The notes: generated by a model from the sequence alone, not told the origin. Numbered from the stretch's first letter, positions 13,023 through 24,917 are shown. The stretch: DNA of 64,000 bases from Kiritimatiellia bacterium (GCA_050949565.1 JBMNFY010000017.1:1600001-1664000); one strand, 5' to 3'. Program-made: numbers and translations.

Positions 13023-13207
13023 ACCTTCGCGTCTTCGCGTGAAACAACAAAGCAATGCTTTTACACTCACCATTGCGACCACTGAGTGGTCGCAATAAGA
13101 GAGGTTGACCCGCGACCCGCGACTTGCGGCTAGCATTGCTACCAAAAAAATCTGCGTAATCTGCGTCCATCTGTGGATAAAGCAACCGAGCAGCGCTCCC
13201 AAACCGA

Positions 13208-15313
13208 TTACGCGCGCTTGGTCCACACCCATCCATTCGTGGGCTTGCGGTTCGGCCACACCAGGCTCGCCAGCAGCGCGGTGACCAGACACGCAATGAG
13301 CCCGGCCACGCCGTACAGCATGAGATGGGGCTTCCACGGCAGCGGACAGAACGCGAGCGTGAAACAGACCACGTAGTTCACAATCAATCCGAGAACGGCG
13401 GCGGTGCCGCCCACGCGCGGCGCGAACATCCCCAGCAGAAACAGACCGGTGATGCCCGAAGTGAGAATCCCCAGGAACTTGTAGAAGGTCTCTTGCATCG
13501 ACTGGATATCGGCATGCGCGAAAAGCAGTGCCAGCCCCAGCGCGATGATGCCGCCGATTACGGTCAACCCTTTGCCCCAGGCCACGAGCTTCGCGTCGCT
13601 GACCTTTTCGCGTTGGAAGCGCAAATAGAAGTCGGTGGTCAGCGCAGTCGCCGTGGCGTTGAGATTCGCCGCCAACGTTGTGAGCGTCGCCGCGAAGATG
13701 GAGGCCAGCAGCAAACCGCCGACACCCGGCGGCAGGCCGGTTGCGATGAACACCGGGAAGATCGCGTCGTTCTTGGCAATCGTCACATCCAAACGCTCCG
13801 GATGGCTGCTGAAGTAGGTGAAGAGTCCGGTACCGATCGTGTAGAGCAGGGGCCCGGAGATAAACGTGATCGCGATGCAGAAGAGGATACTGCGCACCGC
13901 CGAACGTTCGTCCTTGGTCGTCATGAAACGTTGCAGCACGCACTGGTCACTGGTGTAGGAGTTGAGGTTCGAGACAAACCCGCCGATGAGCATCACCCAG
14001 AAGACCGGTGCCGTCAGATCCCAAGAGAAATTGAACACGTCGAATTTGTTGTGTTCCCGCGCGATCGAGAAGAAACCCGACCAGCCGCCATCCGTCCCCG
14101 CGATCAAGATCGCCACTGTCACGGCGATACTGGCGATCAGGATAATGCCTTGGTAAAAATCGCCCCACACGATCCCTTTGATCCCGCCGGAGATGCAGTA
14201 CAGAACCGAGATAACGGTCAGCCCGATGATTGTCGTATCCAGCGGAATCGCGGCGATCTCCGAAACCGCGAGCGCGGGCAGAAAGACTACGAGCGCGGCG
14301 CGGAACAGCATGAAGCCCGAGAAGGCGGCGCTGGCAAAGAGACGGCAGGCGAGATTGAAACGCGCTTCCAGATACTCGTATGCGCTTGTTAAATTCAACC
14401 GCCGGAAGAACGGCAGATAGTAACCGGCGATAATCGGTACGATCAACAGCTTGCTGAGCACAACCGTGAAATAGGACCAGTTGAGCAGATAGCTGACGGC
14501 CGGCCCCGCGATCAGCGAGATCGCGCTGAACATCGCCGCATAGATGCTGACTCCGACCGCCCACCACGGCAACTTGCCGTCGCCTTTGAAATAGGAGTCG
14601 GCGGACTGTTGTTGCCGCCGCGACCTGACCATCATCACGGCAGCGGCTATGAGTAGGCAGGCGATATACACGGCCAGCACCACATAGTTGATCGGCGAGA
14701 AACGTTCCGTCCGCACCAGCCTGGCGCGCCAACACGGGCCGGACGTTGCGCCGTCACGCTGGCACAGCAGGAATGAAGAATCAGAGTCGGGCAGCAGAAC
14801 CGGCGGCGCGCTCCACGCGCCACCGGGCACGTCGCCGAGTTCGAACCATTTGGTCGTCACCGTGTGGTAGGCCAGCAACTTGGGGGCGCCTGCGGCATCA
14901 CGGGCGGTCAGCAAGAGGTGTTGGTGGCCCATCGGCAACACGGTTTCACCGGTCAGCCGGTACGTTTGCGCCGGGGTGCCGTCAACCGACGGCGGCGGCA
15001 ACGGCTTCCAGGTGCCGACAAGCTCACCGCGCGCGTCAAGCTCAGCTTCGTAGCCTACGGTGCCGCCGGCATCGGCCGCATCGGTCTCGAACACAAACAA
15101 GGCGCGCTTGATTTTGTCGGTGTTCTGGCGGCAGCTTACGGGACGCCGGAACGTCTCCGGCATGGATGCCGGGGGCGCTTCTGGGCGCGCGGCAAGCGCC
15201 GCCGTCGGCACGTCTTCCGGCTTCGCCTCCCGCCACTCGATCTGCACGGAAGCGTGACAGAGTGCGACGCTTCCTAAAAGCGCAATCCAGCAGATCCGCA
15301 GCGCACGGCTCAT
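13208..15313 (-). CDS. Sodium:solute symporter (SiaT-like) with an N-terminal extracytoplasmic domain
   Basis: SSS motifs YFKGDGKLPWWAVGVSIYA, SAYEYLEARF, DQCVLQRFMT; ATG 15313 overlaps the upstream stop (ATGA). Confidence 0.88.
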   Translation of the reverse strand: MSRALRICWIALLGSVALCHASVQIEWREAKPEDVPTAALAARPEAPPASMPETFRRPVSCRQNTDKIKRALFVFETDAADAGGTVGYEAELDARGELVGTWKPLPPPSVDGTPAQTYRLTGETVLPMGHQHLLLTARDAAGAPKLLAYHTVTTKWFELGDVPGGAWSAPPVLLPDSDSSFLLCQRDGATSGPCWRARLVRTERFSPINYVVLAVYIACLLIAAAVMMVRSRRQQQSADSYFKGDGKLPWWAVGVSIYAAMFSAISLIAGPAVSYLLNWSYFTVVLSKLLIVPIIAGYYLPFFRRLNLTSAYEYLEARFNLACRLFASAAFSGFMLFRAALVVFLPALAVSEIAAIPLDTTIIGLTVISVLYCISGGIKGIVWGDFYQGIILIASIAVTVAILIAGTDGGWSGFFSIAREHNKFDVFNFSWDLTAPVFWVMLIGGFVSNLNSYTSDQCVLQRFMTTKDERSAVRSILFCIAITFISGPLLYTIGTGLFTYFSSHPERLDVTIAKNDAIFPVFIATGLPPGVGGLLLASIFAATLTTLAANLNATATALTTDFYLRFQREKVSDAKLVAWGKGLTVIGGIIALGLALLFAHADIQSMQETFYKFLGILTSGITGLFLLGMFAPRVGGTAAVLGLIVNYVVCFTLAFCPLPWKPHLMLYGVAGLIACLVTALLASLVWPNRKPTNGWVWTKRA

Positions 15314-16434
15314 CGAACCTCCTCCCAATCATAGGAAAGACGGATGATCTTTGGCGAACCGCCACCTCCCCGTTTGTACGTCACAACATGGAATTGCGTT
15401 TTACCGTTTTGCTCGCGCCAATACGGCATGGCGTAGTAGCCGTCCGAGACCTTGTTGCCCTCGTCATTGTCCAGGATCACATGACGCTGGATCGCCAACG
15501 TCTCCGGATCAAACCGGAACAGGCTCAGGCGCATCGGGGTCTTGGGCGCCAAGAAGTTTCTGCCCAGCAAATACCAGCGACCGTCTCTGGTAAAGACGCG
15601 CGGACGGCCGACATGGCTCGTGATCTCGTCACACGTCTTGGCCACATTGACCTTGCGCGTCACATGAAATTTCGCGTCGGCATACGCCAGCCACTGGCGG
15701 GCGTCATAACCCCGCGCGGCGATGATGAAGCCGTCGCCGTGGGGCGCGAAGGAACTTTCATTGATCGAGACATTGCCCACCAATTCGCGCGACAAGCTCT
15801 GCACGAAGCGCCACGAGTGGCCGTTGTCTTCGGAACGGATGACATCTACGGAGCCCGCCAACGAGCGTGACGGCTGCTGTGAAAAGACCCCGCCGGTCAG
15901 GTTGGTGAAGGTCATCACCAGCATCCAAGTGGTCTGCCCGCGCGTCACAGCCTCAAACGCATATCCGTACTCTACGCCGTCGACGACGCCCACGCGTGTC
16001 ACCGGACCGAAGGTCTTGCCGCCGTCGCTTGATCGCGCCGCTGCCAGTCCGGTGCGGCTCGGTTGCTTGTTGCGCTGCGCGTCGATATAGGTGGCGATGT
16101 CACCGTTGGGGAAACGCACCCACTCGCCCATCTGCATGATCTCGCCCGGTATGGTCGCAATCGTCGAACAGGCCTTGACGGCACCGCTCGCGCCGTCGAT
16201 CCGCAAGAAATCCAGCACCGCACCGGTATCGGCCGCGTGCGCTTTCCCTCGTTTGTACGAAATCAAGACCTCGTTGCCGAGATCCAGCACTGCCGGAAAC
16301 GCCAGATACGGCTGCGCTTCTCCTTGCCGGTCGACGAGCACCGTCTCCTGCTTGTTTTTCGGCACATCGTATGCCCAAATTCCAGCCGCCAAAAGCAAGG
16401 CGGTCCCCAACACAGTTTTACGTTTGTCCATCAT
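15310..16434 (-). CDS. Secreted sialidase-like BNR/Asp-box protein
   Basis: Signal peptide; YLAFP motif; Asp-boxes SSDGGKTF and SEDNGHSW; coupled to neighbours. Confidence 0.75.
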   Translation of the reverse strand: MMDKRKTVLGTALLLAAGIWAYDVPKNKQETVLVDRQGEAQPYLAFPAVLDLGNEVLISYKRGKAHAADTGAVLDFLRIDGASGAVKACSTIATIPGEIMQMGEWVRFPNGDIATYIDAQRNKQPSRTGLAAARSSDGGKTFGPVTRVGVVDGVEYGYAFEAVTRGQTTWMLVMTFTNLTGGVFSQQPSRSLAGSVDVIRSEDNGHSWRFVQSLSRELVGNVSINESSFAPHGDGFIIAARGYDARQWLAYADAKFHVTRKVNVAKTCDEITSHVGRPRVFTRDGRWYLLGRNFLAPKTPMRLSLFRFDPETLAIQRHVILDNDEGNKVSDGYYAMPYWREQNGKTQFHVVTYKRGGGGSPKIIRLSYDWEEVR

Positions 16435-17384
16435 TTTTGTCCTTTTAACGCGTCATTCTCGCGCACGATACCCTGCTCGCGCATGCGCGCGGCAAGCGCC
16501 TCGTACTGCGCGTCCGTGAGCGGTTCGTAGGGCGGCCGCGCCGCGCCCACATCCAATCCGATGAAACGCACCATGGCCTTGCGGTGCGACCAGTTCTCGC
16601 TTTCCGTCAGCAATTCCAACACGCGGTTGGCCTCGGCCTGCAAGCGAATTGCCGACGCGAAGTCACCTTGTGTCATGGCGTCGAACATACGGGAGAAATG
16701 GCGGGGTACGACATTCTGCGTGGTGCCGATGCACCCCGCGATGCATCCCGAGGCAAACGCCGGTACGAAAAGCGGGTCCATCCCAGCGAAAAAAATCGCC
16801 GGGTGCGCCAGCCGCCAGATTAACCGCTGCAGTGCATAAAAATCGATGCCCGTGTATTTCATGCCCATCACATTCGGGATGTCAAAAAGGCGGGCGTCCC
16901 GTTCCGGGTCCAGTGCGGTGCCGACCGTTGCATAGATCAGAAAAGGCAATCCCGTGGCTGCGGCGATTTTGGTGTAGTGCCGATGCGCGGCTGCGAATGT
17001 CTGCCCGAAATAGACCGGTGCCACCGATGAGATCCAGTCGGCTCCAGTCTTTTCCGCATGGCGCGCCAGCGTGACCGCGTCATTCGTATTGATACAGCCG
17101 ATATGCGCGATGATGCGCATGCGTCCGGCATTGGCTCGCACCACGGTTTCCAGTACATGTTTTCGCTCCGCGAGGGTTAACAGCAACCCCTCGCCGGTGC
17201 CGCCGGTGACATACAGGCCGCGTATGCCGCACGCGGCGTAATAGTCAACCTGCTGTTCGAGCACGGCGACATTCACCGTGTCTTTTTTTGTGAATGGAGT
17301 CATCAGCGCGACATACGCGCCAGCCATATCTTTGAAAACGCTACCGTCCGGCACTCGCGCCGACACGCCTGTTTTTCGATTCAT
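16431..17384 (-). CDS. N-acetylneuraminate lyase / DapA-family aldolase
   Basis: ALMTPF, GLYVTGGTGEG, Schiff-base GMKYT; sits with sialidase-like genes and an SSS transporter. Confidence 0.85.
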   Translation of the reverse strand: MNRKTGVSARVPDGSVFKDMAGAYVALMTPFTKKDTVNVAVLEQQVDYYAACGIRGLYVTGGTGEGLLLTLAERKHVLETVVRANAGRMRIIAHIGCINTNDAVTLARHAEKTGADWISSVAPVYFGQTFAAAHRHYTKIAAATGLPFLIYATVGTALDPERDARLFDIPNVMGMKYTGIDFYALQRLIWRLAHPAIFFAGMDPLFVPAFASGCIAGCIGTTQNVVPRHFSRMFDAMTQGDFASAIRLQAEANRVLELLTESENWSHRKAMVRFIGLDVGAARPPYEPLTDAQYEALAARMREQGIVRENDALKGQK

Positions 17385-19042
17385 GGGGTTACTTTCTTGG
17401 GTGTTGCCTGAGTCGGAAGTTCCAAAATCCAGGCTTGGTTTTGAAGATAACTCGGAGGGTTGCTGTGGGGCACGCCCACATCGTGAAGAATCGTTTTCGG
17501 CCCGCGCAGTTCATTGTACGCCGCATAGACGCTCGGCGGCGGACAGGCTTCATCCGCAAAGCCGATCAGCACGCGGCACTCGCATTGCACCCGTGAGGCG
17601 AAGTGACCGGCATCGTAGTACGCCGCAGTGACCGCCACTGCCGCGCGGTCTTCGGGTCGCGCGCGCTCCATGAGCATGGGCCATCCTGCCCGACGGCCTA
17701 CACGGCCGGCGAGCATGTCGGCCATGGCGGGCTGGCAGAAGAGCGCGCGCGAGAAGACCGGCGTCAACGCCGTCAACATCATGCCCATTCCGCCGCCTTG
17801 GCTCCGGCCGAAATAACCCACGCGCGTGCGGTCGGCCTCGGGACGCTCCAGCACCCACAGCACCGCGCGGCGGATGCCCAGCAGGGGGTCGTGGTAGAAA
17901 TAGGTCGTGCGGTCGGTGTAGCCTGCGTAACGATGGTTCTCATAGGCACTGCGCAGTTTTATGCCGGCCACATCATCCGCGTAGCGCCGGTTCTGCTCGT
18001 CATATTTTCGGCGCTGGGTGGCGGCGTCCGGCCCCGGCTCGAAGTCGTGAATGTTTATGACCAGCGTGATGACACGGTCGTCATCGGGCCGCGTCTCCGG
18101 CGCATGTGCGCCCGGTCCGGCCCACGGCACCGTAACGCGCACAGGGAATGGTCCACGCGAGCGATCCGCCGGAACGCTCAAAAACCCATGCACCCGCTTG
18201 CCGTTGAAGGTCGCGAAACTCACACGCGAAACCTCGGTAGCGGCCGTGCAGGCCGACGCGAGGCGCGTGACACGCGCATCCAGCGGAACCTCCCGATCCA
18301 GCCGCGCGATCTCACCGCGCCAGTAGGCGTCGAAGTCCGGCGGCGGCCCGCCCGATCCCAGACGGATGCCGCACGGATCGAAGGCGATGCCGTACACGAC
18401 GGGCTTCACCAGCTTCTGGCCATCCAGCGCGGCGCGGCAGCGCAGAAAGCCCGGATGGTGTAGCGTACCGCGCCACACGAACGGATTGTCGCGCGCCAAG
18501 GTCAGCTTCTGCACGGCTAGACGATTGGTGCCGAAGTTATCGACCGTGAACGAGACGGTGCCGGTCTTCAGCAAGCCGCCCTGCGCATCGTTGATACGCA
18601 GCGTCACGGTTGTCTCTTCGCCGCACGCATAGACCGCAGACGGCCGGTCAGTCAGGAACGTGATCGTCGGCGCGGGCGGTGCTCCGTACAAAAGCCCAGC
18701 CGATGCGAGAACAAGGCAGAGCACAGCCGCGCGCGGAGTTGGCAGGTAGGATTTAGGATTTAGGAGTTGAGCGTTTTTTAACGCAGAGACGCAGAGACGC
18801 AGAGGTTTTTGGGGTGGCGGCGTGACCACCGCTGGGAGGGGCAAGCGTCTGCTTGCCCGCGGACGAGCAGACGCTCGTCCCTCCCGGTGCTCCGCGATGA
18901 ACCCTGAAACCATCCTTTCATTACACGGACGGGGCAGAAAGCGGTGCCGGTTCTGTGGGCGGCGTTTACGCTGCCGGGCAAGCGGACGCTTGCCCCTCCC
19001 AGTGCTCCGCGATGAAAGCCGATTACCCGCGCGCTTCATCAT
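17381..19042 (-). CDS. Acetyl xylan esterase (CE7/AXE1-like), secreted; N-terminus built from in-frame repeats
   Basis: PPDFDAYW, nucleophile GRSQGGG, DEACPPPSVYAAYN; ATG 19042 overlaps the upstream stop. Confidence 0.82.
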   Translation of the reverse strand: MMKRAGNRLSSRSTGRGKRPLARQRKRRPQNRHRFLPRPCNERMVSGFIAEHREGRASARPRASRRLPLPAVVTPPPQKPLRLCVSALKNAQLLNPKSYLPTPRAAVLCLVLASAGLLYGAPPAPTITFLTDRPSAVYACGEETTVTLRINDAQGGLLKTGTVSFTVDNFGTNRLAVQKLTLARDNPFVWRGTLHHPGFLRCRAALDGQKLVKPVVYGIAFDPCGIRLGSGGPPPDFDAYWRGEIARLDREVPLDARVTRLASACTAATEVSRVSFATFNGKRVHGFLSVPADRSRGPFPVRVTVPWAGPGAHAPETRPDDDRVITLVINIHDFEPGPDAATQRRKYDEQNRRYADDVAGIKLRSAYENHRYAGYTDRTTYFYHDPLLGIRRAVLWVLERPEADRTRVGYFGRSQGGGMGMMLTALTPVFSRALFCQPAMADMLAGRVGRRAGWPMLMERARPEDRAAVAVTAAYYDAGHFASRVQCECRVLIGFADEACPPPSVYAAYNELRGPKTILHDVGVPHSNPPSYLQNQAWILELPTQATPKKVTP

Positions 19043-21034
19043 GCATCACCGATCCTTTCGATTGCCACGGCATCCGCGACCACCACGCCGTCTGTACTGT
19101 CGGTCTCAATGCGGACTTCGGCTGGACTTTCCGGGCGTAGCTCCACGGTCGCCAATTCGTGCCACAGGCCCGAGCCCTGCCGCATGTCCACGGTCACTTG
19201 GGGCGTGCCGTGCGCATGCCGGATTGTCACCGGAACTGCTCCGGCGCGTCCGTTCCAATAATAATTCCAGATCATGCGGATGCGGTACATGCCCGTCTGT
19301 CGCACCGGCAGCGCGTAAGCGGCCCAGGTGTCTGCGCTGCCCTGTTCCGCATATCGGAACCCGCTACCGACATGATCGCCGTTTTCGTGCAGCCCCTTTT
19401 TCCACTCTCCGTGAAAGGTCACCTGCTCCGCGTCCGCGTCATCAATGATTGTCCATCCCGCCTGCGCCGGATCCGGACGGCCCGGGAAGGCTCCGCCGAT
19501 GCACGCTTGCAGTTCCGCGACGCGCGCGGGATCGGCCGCCAGTGCCTGCGGCCCCAGCGCGTGCCGTCGACAGAGCGCCGCCGCATAGCCGACGGCCACG
19601 CCCATCTGCCCGGTGGTGTTCATCACGCGCGGACTGGCGTGGCCCACATGCGTGGCGCTGAAACATCGTCCGGCCATCAGCAAATTCTTGACGTTGCGCG
19701 AGTAGAGTGCGCGTAGCGGAATCCAGTAGCGTCCGAACAATGGCTGACGACACATCGTCAGGAAATCCGCGCCGCCCGCGTGTTCGTGAAGGTCAATCGA
19801 CCATGTGCCTGTGGCCACCGCGTCTGGGAAAGGCGTCTGCTCGCGCACATCGTTTTCCGTCAGGATCACATCGCCCAGCAGCCGCCGCGATTCCCGCTTG
19901 CCTAAATTGTAGGGAACAAAATCCAGCACCCGGCGCGCATGTTGCGGATCGCGTTTGGCCAAGCTGAAGCTACCGTAGATCACGCGCAGCAAATGGTCGC
20001 GGATTGTCTCGCCTTCCGTGATGATGTTGTGGTCGAGCCCGTACTCCCAGTTCCACTCGCCCTGTGTGGCGACCACGCCTTGCGCGGCGGGTTCGGCCCA
20101 CGGCAGCGGGCCGAACGGCACGGCGGTGTTGGCTGTCATCGAGGTCCACATCAGGCTGCATCCCAAAGTCCGCCCATCCGCTACGGCCGGTGCCATGCTT
20201 TCGCCGAACTCGTCCGCCGCTTCGCGTCCCATGCGATAATCCGCGCCCGCCCAGTAGCCGATCCAGCCGTCGCCGGTGGCATCCACAAAGAGCGGCGCGG
20301 CGAACCGCGCCATCGCGCCGCTCTCAACCTGCCGCGCCGTCACGGCAGCGATTCGGTTCTCTTCCGCTGTTCGTTCCACGCCGCACGCTCGCCATCCCGT
20401 GTAAAGCGCTACGTTCGGCTCGTCCTGCACCAGCCGCATACGCGCTCGGTCAGAGAGCGCCGCGCCGGGCTCGCGGTTCATGAAGAGATTGCGCACTTCG
20501 CGCACCAGCGGGTGACGCGCTTCGCCGCCGCACCAGACACGCACCTCTTGGCTGGCGTTACCGCCCAGCATCGGTCGGTCGTGCAGGAGCGCGACTTTGA
20601 GTCCTTGCCGCGCCGCAGCCAGCGCGGCGCAGGTGCCCGCGATACCGCCGCCGACAACCACCAGATCAAAATTCCGTGGAGGCGCACCTTGCGGCTCGTG
20701 AGGACACTCGCCCTCCATTTCGTGAAGGGCGTCTGGGGGACGAGCGTTCCCGCGCGTGAAGGCGATACCGGCGCACCGCCCGTCAAACCCTGTGAGATCG
20801 CGCAACGCCACGCTGATTCGCGGGGTGGCGGTCTCGATTTCGCCGCCGTCAACCCAGCCCCAGGCGTCCGGCGCGATACCGAAAACCTGCGCGAGCGGGC
20901 GTTCGTCGATCAACACGTGAAACTGACCCGGCGGCTCCGCGACACCCGGCACCCAATTGCGCGTCCGCACCCAGACACGCCAACGTCCGGCTGCGGGCAG
21001 CGGCCAGCACATAGCATTGGTTTTCAGGTTTCAT
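19039..21034 (-). CDS. FAD-dependent oxidoreductase with a C-terminal golvesin/xanthan-lyase-like domain; 5' end appears disrupted near 21010
   Basis: Rossmann DLVVVGGGIAGTCAA, LGGNASQE, DATGDG, KRESRR, NLLMAGRCFS; tail VVVADAV. The likely start MKPENQ at 21034 is out of frame with ORF 19039..21012. Confidence 0.8.
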
Positions 21035-21140
21035 GTGGTAATGCGTCTCCGGTTCTGTGGGCGGCGTTCACGCCGCCGGGAGGGGCAAGCGTCTGCTTGC
21101 CCGCGGACGAGCAGACGCTCGTCCCTCCCCGCAGCCGTAC

Positions 21141-24100
21141 TCACCGTATCCGGATGATCGTTCCACCGCTCTTGGTCAGGATGCGGCCGTTACCCAGTAC
21201 AGTCGCGCCACCGGCGGTTCCCGTGCGCAACGCGCCGTTGAGCGGCACACCGTCCACGTAGATGTACTCCAGATACGGCGTGGAAGTGTTATCCAAGATC
21301 ACCGTCGAGCCGGTCGAGAGATAGAGCGACGTCACGCCTTCCGTGCGCACCGTGTTCAGACGCTTCAGCGATACCGCGTCGATCAGCACCGTGGCGTGCA
21401 GGTTATCAACCTCGGTGGGCAAGCCGACGAATTCCAGCGTATGCTCGCCCCGCGTCAGCGTCACGGGCACCTCGACCGGCAGGAAGCCGTGGTAACCGTC
21501 ATGAGTGACCGTGTATACGGTCACGCCGTCCACGCGTACCTCGACATTGCGCGTATTGCTCGAAAAGCCGTTGCGCGTGGCCTGTTCAAACGACAGTACA
21601 TGCGGGCCGGCGTGTTCCACAAGGAAGGTCGTCTGGATCGAGCCCTCTCGGATGAAAGCCGTAACGATACCGTTAGTCGTGTAGGGGGTTGGGTCGGAGA
21701 ACGCGCTGCCGTTGGTCTGGATGCCGCTCGTGTTGTTACCCGAGAAGAGCCAGCCGGTTTCTTTCGGTATGTAGTTGTGTCCATACTCATCGAAGGTGTC
21801 CGGCGCATAGATTTCAAAGCTGCCATTGGTCACGGCGACCGAGGTCTCCGCTTCGACTGCCGCGAACTGGGCACCCTGCACCTCGTCGTCAAAACGTAGC
21901 GCCGGGACGCCGATCAGCCGCACCGCATCGATCAGCACCGTCGCGTTGTTATATGAGCACGGTAACCCTTCAAATGTCAGGGTATGCGTTCCGGCCGTCA
22001 GCGACAGTGTGATTTCCTCTGGACGGAAGCCGTGTAACTCACCGCCGTGCGTGATGGTGTAAACCTTCACGCCATCAATTTTCACCTCCACGTTGCGCGC
22101 CCAGCTGTCGTAACCGTTGCGCGTGGCCTGTTCGAAGGCCAGGCGGTAGGTGCCGTCGTGCGGTACGTTGAAGTCACGCTGGATCGCCCCCCCTTCACGA
22201 AAGCCGTTATGGTGCCGTTGGTCGTGTGGTAGTCGGGATGGCTGGAGAAACCGCTGTCGTTGGCCTGAATGCCGCAGTTTGATGAGAAACTCCAGCCCGT
22301 GCCGGTCGGCTGATATCTGTAACTCTTTGTTATGGTAGGCGGGTTGTAGACCTCAAAGCTGCCATTGATGATTTCCGCTTCAGGCGCAGCCTCGGTCAGG
22401 CGCAGCGTACCGCCCGCCGCCACATGGATTGCCGCGTTGGAGATGCCACCGCCGCCGAGTTCCAGCGTGCCGCCGTCCTGCACCTCGATCGTTTTACCCG
22501 CGAACCACGCTTGGGCCAGACGCAGCGTGCCCTGCTCCACCGTCACCGGGCCGGATGAGACCAGCGGCTGCGTCAGGGTCAGGCACCCCTCGCCGAGTTT
22601 CCGTAGACCGCCATCAGGAATGGCACCGAGCAACGGATCAGCCTCGAGCGACTGGTGAATCGAGGCGTTCATGCCTGCCGTGTCACAGACGAACCCGCCG
22701 GAGCCGAGATAGATCGAGAGCAGATTCACACGGTTGATGCTGATGAAGTCGTTGGTCGCCGTGCTGGTCTGCGCCACCTTCAGCGTACCACCGTTCAGCC
22801 GCAGAATCGCGGGCTCCACCGCAAATATGCCACCGTCATAGCGGATTTCGTCAGCCTCCAGCACACCACCGTGCAATTCGAGCAGATGCGTCAACTGCTC
22901 ATCGCGGCGCTGGCTCTTGGAAAGATTCACCCGACCGGCGCGGAGGTGGCCGCCGTTAATAATCGTCCGCGTACTGCGGACGGTGTTCGGGGTGAACATC
23001 GGCGATTCGGCGAACGTGAGCGCGCCGCCGTTGAGGACAATTCCAACCGGCTCAAGGGGCGCGACGTCATTCGGAGGACTGGCCGTGCCATGGGCAAAAC
23101 GGAACGTCGCTTCTCCCGCCTCCTGAAGGTATTCGCCTCCCGCGACATTTAGGTAGAGCCCCGGTACGTTCAACACTGCGTCTGCCACACGCAAGCGCGA
23201 GCCATAACGCACTTCGACACGCGGATTGTCGGGCAACGAGTCGATTTGCTCGATGACCGTGCCGCCGTTCAACTCCAGATTGTTTCGGTCGTAAACGAAC
23301 ACATTGAACACCTTCGTGGTCGTGGCGGGATCCAGCGCAAGGCGCACCGCACTCGTGCCGGAACTCGTATGCCCGCCCACCTTGATTTGCTCGCAACCGG
23401 TATTGAACGCCAGACACTGCAACTCAAGCGTCCCGCCTTGCGCGGCGGCGACGGAGCCTCTGAGGCCGACGGTGACCAAGTTGGACACCGTCGAGTGGCT
23501 GTCCTCGCCCACAAGTGTCACATCAGATCCTGTCATTCCCACTTCCACCGGACCGGTTCCCAGCGCGTTGCTGGCCGCGATGAACACCTTACCCTGTTCA
23601 ATCCGGTTGGTTCCCGTGTAACTGCTGTCGGCCTACAGATACAGGTCTCCCGCTCCGATCTTGGTCAGGCCACCATCCAGCGTTGTGCCCAGTGCGGGAT
23701 CATGCGTGAAGGACTGCGACGTCTTGTAGAACTTTCCTCCCGGAATATTGACCCTCAGCCCGCCCGCCTGCATCAGGGCCTCGGTCATGCCGCTGATAAA
23801 TGCGCTGTTGGAACGTTCGGGGTACAGTTCGGTTCCGTTGAGCAAGAGACGGGAGTGTGTGCCGTTGGCACCACCTGTTCCGCCCATACGCGCCAAGGTT
23901 AGCTTGCCGCCGTCCAGTTGCAAGGTGGCACTGCGACCGGCCGCCAACTCGGTCATTTCGATCACCACTGTCCAGACGTCGGCGGAGTCCGCGATGCGGA
24001 ACCAGGCATCTTGCTCACGGCCCAAGACCACACGCGCGTTCACGCCATCACTGATGGCGGTGGCTCTGGCGTGCCAGACGCCGCCGGTGATCTCAAAGGA

Positions 24101-24703
24101 TGCGGGCTGCGCCGCAGTGCCATCTCCCAGCACCAGGATATCGCCGCCGCTGAGCAGCAGATTGGTGCCGCCGGTCTGCACGTACGCGGCCCCCGCCGCC
24201 ACGCTCTGGACGCCGGACAAGCACAGCGTGCGGCCCTCTTCGATCTGCAGCACGCCTTCGGCCACCGCCAGATCTTGCACATTGGTTTCGCCAGCGTATG
24301 CCGCCGCGCCCAGGCACAGCGTACCCGCGCCAGTTTTGGAGAGCGGCGTCTCCGCATGGATCGCGGTCTCCAGCCGTGAGGTCACACCGGCTCCTTCCGT
24401 CGCGATGAACGGCGACGCTCCGGTGAAGGTCAAAGAGTCACCGGTCAGCCGGTAACCATCCGCCGTGAAACGGATCGCGCCCAGACTGAGCGCCTCGCCG
24501 ACTGTAATGGCACGTTGCGTGGAGTCGCCGAACACAGCGGTGTGGCCCATGTTGTTCGGCCAGACTACGCCGCCGTCCCAGTTGGGTTCGGACGTGGACC
24601 ACACGCCGTTGGCCGGATTCGCCATCCACACCACATCAGCCGCTTGCAGCAGAACCGCCGAAGCCAGCAGTCCGCATACGCACAACACCCTATTTCTGCT
24701 CAT
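21141..24703 (-). CDS. Secreted autotransporter-associated beta-strand-repeat protein, split by frameshifts near 23630 and 22190
   Basis: RBS CAGGAGG and signal MSRNRVLCVCGLLASAVLLQA; ORFs 23633..24727, 22082..23587 and 21141..22091 are contiguous in character (GGLTKIGAGDL, GGLRKLGEGCL; duplicated NGSFE..GW.FS domain). Ends GGTIIRIR*. Confidence 0.72.
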
Positions 24704-24917
24704 AACACCCTCCTGACTTTTTACCAATTACAAGGCAAGGAGAGCACACGCCCGCAAGCAATGCGTCCACGTTATTAAAAATGTAATATCTTGAACATGT
24801 GCGCCGCGCCGCGCCGCACGGACGTGCGCCGCGGATTTAGGATTTAAGATTTAGGAGTTACCGGCACCGCCGACAGGATCGGCAGTCCCGGCAGTCCCCC
24901 CAAAACCTCTGACCCTT

